A DNA stretch of 64,000 nt. It comes from an uncultured delta proteobacterium. GTDB taxonomy: Bacteria > Desulfobacterota > Binatia > JACPRU01. How positions within the stretch are numbered: the stretch's first letter is position 1; each line of letters opens with the position of its first letter. A program made the translations under genes and the position numbers. The stretch is from assembly GCA_963745025.1 (NCBI GenBank), contig CAVUWD010000016.1, forward strand, positions 1,024,001 to 1,088,000. The letters are read 5' to 3'. Positions 9,382 through 18,646 of this stretch are shown piece by piece. Below the pieces are notes generated by a model. The model saw nothing but the letters and a program-made list of their open reading frames with translations, did not search any database and had not been told where the DNA came from.

Positions 9382-11682
9382 TCATTCTACCCGGATTCCC
9401 GCGATCTGCCCGCGCTTGACGACCTTGAGTCCCTTGCCGGCACGTTTGCCCTCGGGGATGTCATCGATCGACAGCTTGCGCTCGGTACCCTCGGCCGTGG
9501 TGACGATCACGGTCTCGCCTTTCGCGGGCGCGAGCGCCCCGATGATGCGATCGTCGTCACCTCCCGGGCGCATCAGATAGACGCCCTTACCCGCCCCCGA
9601 GAGCTCGGGCACCTCCGCAAGCCCGAAACGCAGCATCTTGCCGTGCGCCGCGGCGCAGACGACTTGCTTGCCGCGAACCGCCGAGACCGATACCACCGCG
9701 TCGCCTTCGGAGACTCGCGCCACCTTCCGCCCGGCCCGGGTGGTTTCACTCAGGTCCGGCGTGAACCGGAAGCCGAATCCGCGGCCCGTGGCCACGAGGT
9801 AGCTTTCCCCTTCCTCAGCGGTCGGCGTGAAGAGCTCGCCCTGACCCTTGGCTGCCTCCGCCCTGCTCTTGTCCGCGCGAACGGCGAAGACCGTCGTCAG
9901 GCGCTCGTCGTCGCCGAGCTTGACGAGCGACTGGATCGGCTCGCCGTAACCCGTCGTCGCCGGCAGCTGGGTGACCGGCAGGACGTAGAGACCACCGAAG
10001 CTCGAGAAGAACACGATGCGGTCGCGCGTGCTCGCCGCAAGCGCTTGAAAGAGCGCATCGCCTTCACGGAGACGGGTCGAGGCAGGGTCCTTGAGCTCGC
10101 GAACCCGCTTCACCCAACCGTCGCGCGAGACGACGACCGTCGTCTCCTCGTGGACGATGTACGCTTCGGGGTCGTAGGCCAGCTCCTCGCCCTGGGCGAT
10201 CATCGTGCGGCGCTTGTCGCCGTAGTCGGCCTTCGCCCGCGCCAGCTCCTCGCGGATGATCGACCAGCGCCGCTTCGGCTTCTTCAAGAGATCCTCGATC
10301 TCGGCGAGCCGCTCGCGCTTCTCCTTTCGCTCCTTCTGGATCTTCGAGATCTCGAGCCGGGCCAGCTGATAGAGGCGGATCTCGAGGATCGCGTCCGCCT
10401 GCACCGCGTCGAGCTTGAAGGCCGCCATCAGTTTCGTCGCCGCATCGGCGCGCGATTCGGCGTTACGAATGATCTTGAGCGCACGGTCGAGGTCGGCGTG
10501 AATTTTCGCGAAGCCGTCGAGGATGTGCAGGCGCTCGTCCAGCTTCCGCTTCTCGTGATCGAGCCGGCGGGTCACCACCTCGAGGCGAAAGTCGAGGAAG
10601 TGGCGGCAGATCTCGGCGAGCGACAGTCGCGCCGGCTGTCCGACCAGTGGATTCGCCGTCGGCACGAGACACGTCAGGTTGACGTTGAACGTGGTCGACA
10701 GCTCGGTGTGCTTGTACAGGTACGCCATGACCGCTCCGGGCTCGACTGACGACCGTCAGTCGAGCCGTCGCTCTTCAGCTCGAGAACGACGCGAACGTCG
10801 TCGGTCGACTCGTCGCGCACGTCGATCACGTGCGGAAGCCTTCGCGACAGGACGTGCTCGGCGATCGATTCGACGAGCAGCGCCTTGTTCACGTTGTAGG
10901 GAACGGACGTGATCACGATCTGACGCTTGCCCCGCGGCAGGTTCTCGACTTTGTACTCGCCGCGCAGCCGAATCGCCCCCTGGCCGCTCTCGTAGAGCGC
11001 GCGCAGCTCGGCGCGGCTGTTGAGGATCTCGCCGCCCGTCGGGAAATCCGGCCCTTTGATGAGCTTGAGCAGCGCCTTGGTGTCCGCCTTCGGCTCGTCG
11101 ATCATCGCCACGAGCGCATCGACGAGCTCGCAGAGATTGTGCGGCGGGATGTTTGTGGCCATGCCGACCGCGATGCCGGTCGAGCCGTTCATCAGTAGCT
11201 GCGGCATCGCCGCGGGCAGCACCACCGGCTCTTCGCGCGTGGCGTCGTAGGTCGCCCGGAACGGGACCGTCTCGTTCTCGAGGTCCTCGAGCAGCTCGTC
11301 CGCCACCCGCGCCAGGCGCACCTCGGTGTAGCGCATCGCTGCGGCTCGGTCGCCGTCGAGCGAGCCGAAGTTGCCCTCGCCGTGAACCAGCGGATAGCGA
11401 AGCGCGAAGGGCTGCGCCATGCGCACCATCGCCTCGTACGCGGCCAGGTCGCCGTGCGGGTGATACTTGCCGAGCACCTCGCCGACGACGGCGGCCGACT
11501 TGCGCGGCTTCGAGCCCGGCGCGAGACCGAGGTTCTGATACATCGCGTAAAGGATCCGGCGCTGGACCGGCTTCAGCCCGTCGCGCACGTCGGGCAGCGC
11601 GCGCGAGGTGATGACGCGAGAGCGCATAGTTCAGGTAGCGCTCCTCGGCGGCTCGCTTGAGATCGGTGACGGACTCGGACAT
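9382..11682 (-). CDS. Type IIA DNA topoisomerase subunit A (ParC/GyrA-like), split over three frames
   Basis: RYLNYALS / [26 protein letters not shown], catalytic [16 protein letters not shown]-terminal pinwheel blades; breaks near 11617 and 10735. Confidence 0.92.
10739..10766. repeat. Perfect 13-bp inverted repeat inside the topoisomerase A gene
   Basis: ggctcgactgacg-ac-cgtcagtcgagcc. Confidence 0.85.
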
Positions 11683-11775
11683 CGAGGCGGTGCCTGGCGG
11701 TCGCCGTTTACAGAGAAAGGGAACCTTTTTCTATACGCCGAGTTTTGCTAGCGTGAAAAGCAGGAGGACCAACGC

Positions 11776-12321
11776 ATGCGCGAGCTACCGCTCCTCCTCG
11801 TGTCTTCGATCATTTGCGGCGCGCTCCTCTTCCAGAGCAGCGCCTCGGGAGGCGATGCCATGTCCCTCAAGCTGAGAAGCGACGCATTCGAGGAAGGAAC
11901 GCTCATCCCCAAGAGCCACACCTGCGACGGCGCCGACCGTTCCCCGCCGCTTCACTGGGAAGGGGCGCCCGAGGCCGCCAAGGGCTTCGCCATCGTCGTC
12001 GACGATCCCGACGCGCCCTCCGGCAACTGGAATCACTGGCTCATCTACAACATCCCGCCTGCAGCCAAGGCACTCGCCGAAGGCGTACCGACGCGGGGCT
12101 CGCTCGGCGACGGCACGCGTCAGGGTACGAACGATTTTGGCAGGATCGGCTATGGCGGCCCGTGTCCTCCACGTGGCAGCAACCATCGCTACTACTTCAA
12201 AGTCCATGCGCTCTCCGCGCCGCTCGAGCTCGAGCCGGGCGCGAAACGCGACGCGGTTCTCAAGGCGCTGAAGCAGAAGACCCTCGCCGAAGGGCAGCTG
12301 ATGGGGCGGTATGGGAGATGA
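11776..12321 (+). CDS. YbhB/YbcL family (PEBP/RKIP-like) protein with signal peptide
   Basis: SPPLHW, DDPDAP, HWLIYNIP, YGGPCPP, HRYYFKV. Confidence 0.92.
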   Translation: MRELPLLLVSSIICGALLFQSSASGGDAMSLKLRSDAFEEGTLIPKSHTCDGADRSPPLHWEGAPEAAKGFAIVVDDPDAPSGNWNHWLIYNIPPAAKALAEGVPTRGSLGDGTRQGTNDFGRIGYGGPCPPRGSNHRYYFKVHALSAPLELEPGAKRDAVLKALKQKTLAEGQLMGRYGR

Positions 12322-12380
12322 GAGGCTACGGGCTACAGGAAAAGCTCAAGGCGTCTTTGCCCGTAGCCTGTAGCCTCTCA
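12319..12380. repeat. Heptamer-armed palindromic element, copy 3
   Basis: tgagaggctacgggctacaggaaaag...gtctttgcccgtagcctgtagcctctca; the outer ends coincide with both convergent stop codons. Confidence 0.85.
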
Positions 12381-12824
12381 CAACGGCCAAAACGAGATCG
12401 CCCGCCGATTCACCGATTCGCGGAGCTCGTCCCAGATCGCACGGTTGGCGCGCCGGGCCCAGCCTTCGTCGCGCGTCTCGACCAACGAGTGGAGCTCGAT
12501 GAGCAGCCCGCGCAACCGGTCATTCACCGCGTTCAAGTCGCTCACGTGAAGGCTCGTGTCCCGCTCGGCGGCGGCGGCCTCGAGCCGCGCGCGAAGCCCT
12601 GCGTCGAGTATCGAGGGCGCGGCGCTCCGAAAGATCCGGCGCATCGCTTCGTTCTCCTCGGCGCGAACGTGAGCCGCGCGATCGTACTCTTCGGCCGCCG
12701 CGACCATGAGGCCGGCGATCACCTCGACGTTGCTCCGCACGTAGCCATCTCCGACCGCCGGAGCGACCTCGGTCAAGAGATTCTCCATCATCGAACGGAG
12801 CACAAAATCGACCTCAGGCTTCAT
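12378..12824 (-). CDS. Small helical hypothetical protein coupled to phosphotransferase (LvaB/DUF6285-like)
   Basis: Starts MKPEVD, overlapping the kinase 3' end; helical composition. Confidence 0.65.
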   Translation of the reverse strand: MKPEVDFVLRSMMENLLTEVAPAVGDGYVRSNVEVIAGLMVAAAEEYDRAAHVRAEENEAMRRIFRSAAPSILDAGLRARLEAAAAERDTSLHVSDLNAVNDRLRGLLIELHSLVETRDEGWARRANRAIWDELRESVNRRAISFWPL

Positions 12825-13854
12825 CGTCGAGTCCACCGGTCGGGGCCAGCCGCTCGACGAGCACACGATCGTGCACGGCGGTCGGGAACCAGCTCGCCAG
12901 CACCATGATGAGATCTCGGTTCCTGCCGTCGGCGTATTCTCGGCCGGATGAGATCCAGATCGCGAGGCCCTTCACCGAAGCGAAGATCTCCCACCAGCCG
13001 AGCGCACGCGCGTCGATCTCGATGCCGCTCGCCTGCTGCCAGATGGCCAGCGCCTGCTCGCGCGGGATCAGCTTGCCCGGACGCTCGCGGTCGGGCCAGC
13101 TCCACAGCGGATCGAGCGCCCATGCGAGGTCCTCGACCGCGTTGCCGAGGTGACACATCTCCCAGTCGAGGATGGCGCGGATGCGCCCCTCGGCGTCGAA
13201 CAGGAAGTTGCCCGTGCGGTAATCGCCGTGCACGATCGAGAGCCGCCGCGGAGGCGGAGGCGGATCGCGGCGGAGCCAGCGAATCGCCGCGCGCGCAATC
13301 GGCTGCGGGGTGAGCTCATCCTCGTCGATCACGCGCTCCCAATAGTCGAGCTCGCGCCGCCAGCAACTCTCGAGCGCGGGTGCCTCGAGCTGCGTCGCGA
13401 GATTCGCGGGATCGCTACGCGCGATCTCGCCGAGGATCCGCCACTTCTGCTCGCCGATGGTCTCGACATGGTCGACGTAGGGCGTCTGCGCGAGCAGCCG
13501 CCCGTCCGAAACGGCGTCGACGACTTGCTCCATGACGAAAAACGGCCGGTCGAGCCAGCGCGGGTCCGTCTCGAGGAAGAGCGGGCGCGGGACGGGCACC
13601 CGCGTGCCGTAAAACGCCTCATACGCGTGATACTCCGTCGCGCGGTCGGTCTCGATGAGACTGGACGGCGGGTCACGTCGCAGGATCAGTCGTTGCTCGC
13701 TTTCCCGGCCGCCTTCGATGGTGCGCACGGTCACGCGATACGTCTCGCGAGACGCGCCGCCGTGGATGCGCTCGAGGGTTTCGACTTCGACGCTCGACGC
13801 CTGCGGCCAGCGATGCTGGAGATAGGCGGCGAAGCGAGCGCCGAGATCACTCAT
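12814..13854 (-). CDS. APH/ACAD10-like phosphotransferase
   Basis: GGASRET, LILRRDP, VPVPR, HGDYRTGN, ILDWE. Confidence 0.88.
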   Translation of the reverse strand: MSDLGARFAAYLQHRWPQASSVEVETLERIHGGASRETYRVTVRTIEGGRESEQRLILRRDPPSSLIETDRATEYHAYEAFYGTRVPVPRPLFLETDPRWLDRPFFVMEQVVDAVSDGRLLAQTPYVDHVETIGEQKWRILGEIARSDPANLATQLEAPALESCWRRELDYWERVIDEDELTPQPIARAAIRWLRRDPPPPPRRLSIVHGDYRTGNFLFDAEGRIRAILDWEMCHLGNAVEDLAWALDPLWSWPDRERPGKLIPREQALAIWQQASGIEIDARALGWWEIFASVKGLAIWISSGREYADGRNRDLIMVLASWFPTAVHDRVLVERLAPTGGLDDEA

Positions 13855-13864
13855 CCGTCGGCGC

Positions 13865-14968
13865 TCACCGTGCCCCGTCGAGGAGCTCACGGAGACCGGA
13901 GGGCTCATGCGGTCCGAGGATCAGCTGCTCGAGCACGCCGACTCCGTCTTTCGTTCGGCCGTTTTCGCGCAGGCGCGCACCGCAAAAGGCCTGGACGTGG
14001 AGGTGGAGCGGCTGGGTCTCGTCTACCGAAGCGAGCTCGTACACGTCGTAGCCGGTGCGGTCCTCGCCCGTGTAGACGCCGTGACCCCACTCGGGGTGAA
14101 AGTAACCGATACCGGACATCGAAAAACGGTACGATGGCTCGAGCTGGATCTCCACCTCGCTGCCGCTCTTGCGGCGAAGCCGCAGCTCCGCGCTCTTCGC
14201 ATGTCTCGTCCCCGGCTTGAAGACGATGCGCGAAGAAGACGACGCCATCGCTTCCGCATCGACGTCGCCGACACCGCCGAGAAACGCGCTCTGGTGCCAT
14301 GCCTCGCCGCTCTCGTCCTGATTCACGTCATAGAGAAAGACCGCGTCGTCGAAATTGAGCGGAGCCCAAAGCCAGTAGAACTGAGGTGCGGTGAGCGGCG
14401 CGTGCGGCTGTGGGTCCTGCGCGCCGATCTGGCGCACGCCCCAGGAGCGATCGCGGGTGCCGAGGAAGCGCTCGGGGCGGACTTCGACGCGAGCACCCCC
14501 GATCTCGATCCACCCCTCATAGTTGCCGTGCTGCGTCATCCGCGTGAGATCGAAGAACGTGCGCGGGCCAATGCGGCGCGCGTACCGGGGCTCCTCGATG
14601 GGGCGGGCGCGGGCGACGAACACGAGATCGGCGCGAACGCCGTTCGCGCGGTCGTCCACGCGCAGCCGCAGCGTCTGCAGCGGCTTCACGACCTCGACGG
14701 AGATCGGCCCCGCGTGCGTGTCCAGACGCTCCATGTGCAGGCAGCGCGAGGCGCGAACGTTGTGCTGCCGGCCCTCGTGGATGACCGAGAAGGCAGCATC
14801 GATGACGTTCAAATGCGGGTAGATGCCCATGGCGACCGCGAAGAAGTACTCGCCGTCGCGGGCATAGCCGTTGAAGAAATACCGATCGTAAAAATTCCGA
14901 TCGGTGCCGCAGTAGGCGATCGGCTCGGGCGTCTGGTGGATCGGGTAGTCGTCGGCTTTGGTGAGCAT
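13865..14968 (-). CDS. Conserved hypothetical protein (tocopherol cyclase/AttH-like fold suspected)
   Basis: DDYPIHQ, FYDRYFFN, GTRDRSWGVR motifs. Confidence 0.75.
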   Translation of the reverse strand: MLTKADDYPIHQTPEPIAYCGTDRNFYDRYFFNGYARDGEYFFAVAMGIYPHLNVIDAAFSVIHEGRQHNVRASRCLHMERLDTHAGPISVEVVKPLQTLRLRVDDRANGVRADLVFVARARPIEEPRYARRIGPRTFFDLTRMTQHGNYEGWIEIGGARVEVRPERFLGTRDRSWGVRQIGAQDPQPHAPLTAPQFYWLWAPLNFDDAVFLYDVNQDESGEAWHQSAFLGGVGDVDAEAMASSSSRIVFKPGTRHAKSAELRLRRKSGSEVEIQLEPSYRFSMSGIGYFHPEWGHGVYTGEDRTGYDVYELASVDETQPLHLHVQAFCGARLRENGRTKDGVGVLEQLILGPHEPSGLRELLDGAR

Positions 14969-14972
14969 CTTC

Positions 14973-15060
14973 TCGGCTGTTGGCGATCGGCTGTCGGGCT
15001 TCGGCCTTCGGCAGAAGACTTCGCGGCGTCCTTGCCGAGGGCCGAAGCCCGATGCCGGCT
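14973..15060. repeat. Heptamer-armed palindromic element, copy 4
   Basis: tcggctg-ttggcga-tcggctg-tcgggct-tcggcct arm, core ggcagaagacttcgcggcgtccttgcc, then gggccga-agcccga arm. Confidence 0.85.
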
Positions 15061-16147
15061 AATACACGATCACGCTCCGCGCGACCTCGCCCTTCTCCAT
15101 CGCATCGAGGGCGGCGTTGACGTCGGCGAGCTTGATCCGCCGCGAGATCAGCTCGTCGATCTTCAGCCGCTTCTGCATGTAGAGCTCGATCAGCCACGGC
15201 ATGTCGCGGTGCATGTTGGCCGATCCGTAGAGCGAGCCGACGATGGATTTCTCCTCGAGCGGGAACGACCAGCCCGGGACGCTGACTTCTTCGCCCATGC
15301 GCGGCACACCGACGATGACCGCCTTGCCGCCGCGCTTGAGCGCGCGGAACGCCTGTTGGATCGCCGACGGAATGCCGATGACCTCGAACGCGTAGTCCAC
15401 ACCGAGGCCCCCGGTCAGGCTCTTGATGGCGTCGACCGCATCGGCCTGCTTGCCGTTGACGATGTCCGTGGCGCCGAACTCCCGGGCGAGCTTGAGCTTC
15501 GAATCGACGAGATCGACCGCGATGATGCGCAACGCCCCGCAGAGCGCCGCTCCTTGAATCACGTTGAGCCCAACCCCGCCACAGCCGAAGACGGCGACCG
15601 TCTCGCCCGGGCGCACCTTCGCCGTGTTGACCACCGCGCCGACGCCGGTCATCACCCCGCAGCCCACCAGACAGGCGCGATCGAGCGGCACTTCTTCGGG
15701 AATCTTGATGCAGGCCGTGGCACGCACCACGGTCCGCTCGGCGAACGAAGCCACGCCCGCCATGCGCGTGATATCCGTACCGTCCTTCTCGAAGACCGCT
15801 TCCTGGCCGGCCATCGCGTTGCGGATGCCCGTGTCACAGAGGTGACCGCGGCCGGAGATGCAATAGTGGCACTTGCCGCAGTTCTCGACCCAGGAGAGAA
15901 CGACGTGATCGCCGGGTTGCAGATCCTTGACGCCTTTCCCAACCTCCTCGACGATTCCAGCACCCTCATGTCCGAGCACCACGGGCGGCGGGATCGGGAT
16001 CACCATCTTGACGACGGACAAATCCGAATGGCAGACGCCGCTGGCCGCGACCTTCACCACCACCTCGTCTTCGCGCGGAGCTTTGAGCTTCAGCGAATCG
16101 ATCTTCAGGGGCTCGTTGAATGCCCACATGACTGCGGCCTTGACCAT
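15059..16147 (-). CDS. Zn-dependent alcohol dehydrogenase (class III-like)
   Basis: GVCHSD, GHEGAG, CGKCHYC...C, GCGGVG; start MVKAAV. Confidence 0.92.
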   Translation of the reverse strand: MVKAAVMWAFNEPLKIDSLKLKAPREDEVVVKVAASGVCHSDLSVVKMVIPIPPPVVLGHEGAGIVEEVGKGVKDLQPGDHVVLSWVENCGKCHYCISGRGHLCDTGIRNAMAGQEAVFEKDGTDITRMAGVASFAERTVVRATACIKIPEEVPLDRACLVGCGVMTGVGAVVNTAKVRPGETVAVFGCGGVGLNVIQGAALCGALRIIAVDLVDSKLKLAREFGATDIVNGKQADAVDAIKSLTGGLGVDYAFEVIGIPSAIQQAFRALKRGGKAVIVGVPRMGEEVSVPGWSFPLEEKSIVGSLYGSANMHRDMPWLIELYMQKRLKIDELISRRIKLADVNAALDAMEKGEVARSVIVY

Positions 16148-16329
16148 GCTTCCCTCCGCTCGGTAACGATCCGACACGCGCTGCATCCCGGCCCAAGGAG
16201 ACGGACAAGCCTTCGTATGACGAACGCCTCGAACAGGCAACCGCCAGGTGGCCGGGGACAGTCTCGTGCTCACCATCGTGGACGATACGGTCGACTCCCT
16301 AAGAACATCGGGAAGGTGGTGTTGGTGCC

Positions 16330-16779
16330 CTGAATCTCTCTCCGATCTCGGCAACGATTCTCCGTGCGGTCATCGCCGCGCTCCGCCCGCGCGGCCACGG
16401 CTTCGATCAGCCGATCGACGAGGACGTGCTCGTCGAGATCGACCGCACCTTGCCCTACCTTCCCAGGCTCTCCCGCATCGGCTTGCCGCTCGGTCTTCGG
16501 GTCCTCGAGTGGGGGCCTCTTGTCTTCGCGGGTCAGCCGACGCGCCTCTCTCGCATGAACCGCGACAACGCACGCGCGTACTTGCAGGGATGGCTCGACA
16601 GCCGCCTCGGGTCGCGGCGCCTGCTCGTCCACGGGCTTCGGGCGCTCATCTTCGTGGCATTCTACCAGCATCCGACCGTGCTCGAAGCGATGGGCGTCCA
16701 CTGGGATCGGCGGCTCGTGGAAGCCGTCGGGGTCCGCGCCGACGCGCTCGACCGCGCCGCCTATGGCGATTCCCGCTGA
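16330..16779 (+). CDS. Small partner of GMC oxidoreductase (gluconate-2-DH subunit 3-like), start uncertain
   Basis: Frame is open upstream of the listed ORF to about 16303; LRALIFVAFYQHP...MG pattern; overlaps the GMC start. Confidence 0.6.
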   Translation: MNLSPISATILRAVIAALRPRGHGFDQPIDEDVLVEIDRTLPYLPRLSRIGLPLGLRVLEWGPLVFAGQPTRLSRMNRDNARAYLQGWLDSRLGSRRLLVHGLRALIFVAFYQHPTVLEAMGVHWDRRLVEAVGVRADALDRAAYGDSR

Positions 16780-18361
16780 GATCCCGCCCGAAGTCGCCGC
16801 TCGCATCCCCGAGCGGTCGATCGACTACCCGAACGTCGAGCCGGGTCGGGACGCCCGGCGCGACGCGACGCTCGTCGCCGATGCGCTCGTCGTCGGGAGC
16901 GGCGCGGGCGGCGCCGTCGCCGCCTGCCTGCTCGCGGAGGCGGGACTCGACGTGCTGATGATCGAGGAAGGCGGGCTCCACAAGACCGAGAGCTTCTCGA
17001 CCAGCGTCCTCGAGATGATGCGCGCGCTCTATCGCGACGTCGGAGCCTCGATGATCCTCGGCAAGCCGGGCATCCTCTTCGTCGAGGGACGCTGCGCCGG
17101 CGGCTCGACGGTGATCAACGGCGGCATGTGCTGGCGCACGCCCGAGCGCATTCTCGAGCGCTGGCAGCGTGACGAGCGCCTTCCCGACATCGACCCACGG
17201 GCGATGGAGCCGGTCTTCGCAGAGGTCGAGCGCGAGCTGAATCCCGAGACGCAGCGGCCGGACACGCTCGGCGTCCACAATCGTCTCTTCGCCGAAGGAG
17301 CGCGCGCGCTCGGCTGGCATCCGCGCGAGAATCTTCGCAACATGCGCCGTTGCGCGGGGCTCAACAACTGCGCGTTCGGCTGCCCGACGGGCGCGAAGCA
17401 GAGCATGCTCGTCACCTACCTGCCACGCGCTCTGCACGCCGGCGCACGACTCGTCACCGACGCGCGCGTCGACCGGGTACTCTTCGACCGCGGGCGGGCG
17501 ACCGGGGTCCGCGGGCGGTTCCTCGGGGCCAACGCTCGCCCGACCTACCGCTTCAGCGCGCACGCGCCGACCGTGATCCTCGCCGCCGGCGCACGGCACA
17601 CGCCCGGCATCCTCAAGCGGAGCTGGCTTCGCGCGCGGCCGATCGGCCGCAACCTCACGGTCCATCCGAACGCGAAGGTCGTCGGCATCTTCGACGAGGT
17701 CGTGAACCCGTGGTGGGGTGCGCACCAGGCACACCAGATTCACGATTTCCTCGACGACGGGATTCTCATCGGTTACGCGGTGCCTCCGCCGGGCATTCTC
17801 GCCGGCGCGATGCCCGGCATCGGCGAACGCAGCGCCGAGATCATGGCGCTCTACAACCACATGTTTCCGGTCGGCTGCCTGATCGAAGACACGTCCACGG
17901 GCCGCGTGGTGCTCGGACCCGATCGCGAGCCGCAAATGCTCTACTCGCTCTCGCGCCGCGACACGGCGACGACGCACGAAGGAGTCGCGAAGATCTGCGA
18001 GCTCTTGTTCGCCGCCGGTGCCAAGCGTTGCGTTCTGCCGTTCGCCGATCTCGGGGAGATTCGCTCGCCGGACGACATCTCACGAATCCGCGCGCGGCGC
18101 CCCGATCCGCGCGGCCTCGAGCTGATGACGGTTCACATCATGGGCAGCGCGCGCATGGCGGTCGACCCGCAGCGCGGCGCCACCGATGCGTTCGGCCGCG
18201 TATTCGACGTGCCGGGACTCTGCGTCGCCGATGCGAGCCTCTTTCCGTCGCCCGTCGGCGTGAATCCGCAGGAGACGATCATGGCGCTCGTCACGCGCAA
18301 CGTTCGGCGCTGGCTTGAGACGGACCTACGGCGATCCCTCCCCTCCTCGGGGAGAGGGTGA
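16763..18361 (+). CDS. GMC family oxidoreductase (long-chain alcohol oxidase-like)
   Basis: VGSGAGG, GGSTVING, CAFGCPTGAKQS, HIMGS, DASLFP..VGVNPQ. Confidence 0.92.
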   Translation: MAIPAEIPPEVAARIPERSIDYPNVEPGRDARRDATLVADALVVGSGAGGAVAACLLAEAGLDVLMIEEGGLHKTESFSTSVLEMMRALYRDVGASMILGKPGILFVEGRCAGGSTVINGGMCWRTPERILERWQRDERLPDIDPRAMEPVFAEVERELNPETQRPDTLGVHNRLFAEGARALGWHPRENLRNMRRCAGLNNCAFGCPTGAKQSMLVTYLPRALHAGARLVTDARVDRVLFDRGRATGVRGRFLGANARPTYRFSAHAPTVILAAGARHTPGILKRSWLRARPIGRNLTVHPNAKVVGIFDEVVNPWWGAHQAHQIHDFLDDGILIGYAVPPPGILAGAMPGIGERSAEIMALYNHMFPVGCLIEDTSTGRVVLGPDREPQMLYSLSRRDTATTHEGVAKICELLFAAGAKRCVLPFADLGEIRSPDDISRIRARRPDPRGLELMTVHIMGSARMAVDPQRGATDAFGRVFDVPGLCVADASLFPSPVGVNPQETIMALVTRNVRRWLETDLRRSLPSSGRG

Positions 18362-18368
18362 GGGTAGG
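18336..18368. repeat. REP-like hairpin forming the GMC C-terminus
   Basis: ccctcccctcctcggggagagggtgaggg. Confidence 0.5.
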
Positions 18369-18474
18369 TCCATGCCGCTCGAAGACTTCGCGCAGCTCTC
18401 GCGGTGCGAATACGACGCGATCTTCACGCGATGGATGCCGAAACGGCGTGGCTCGTCGTTCGCGCGCTCCATCT

Positions 18475-18593
18475 GACCTTTACGTGACCGACGCCTCGGT
18501 TTTCCCGACCTCCCGTCGGGTACAATCCGACGCTCACGGTCCAGGCGCTTGCCCGGCGCGCGGCGGCGCAGGTTCGCGAAGGGTATGCAGGTC
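18475..18593 (+). pseudogene. C-terminal remnant of a second GMC oxidoreductase
   Basis: DLYVTDASVFPTS / (frameshift) VGYNPTLTVQALARRAA. Confidence 0.75.
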
Positions 18594-18646
18594 CGAAGCC
18601 GGCTCGAATTCGTTTCGGCGACCCGCTAGAATCCGTCGACGCTGGA

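Noticed and set aside
9382-11682. Programmed frameshifting or a naturally split topoisomerase A
   Set aside because: No slippery heptamer at either break, and similar breaks occur in unrelated genes across the window.
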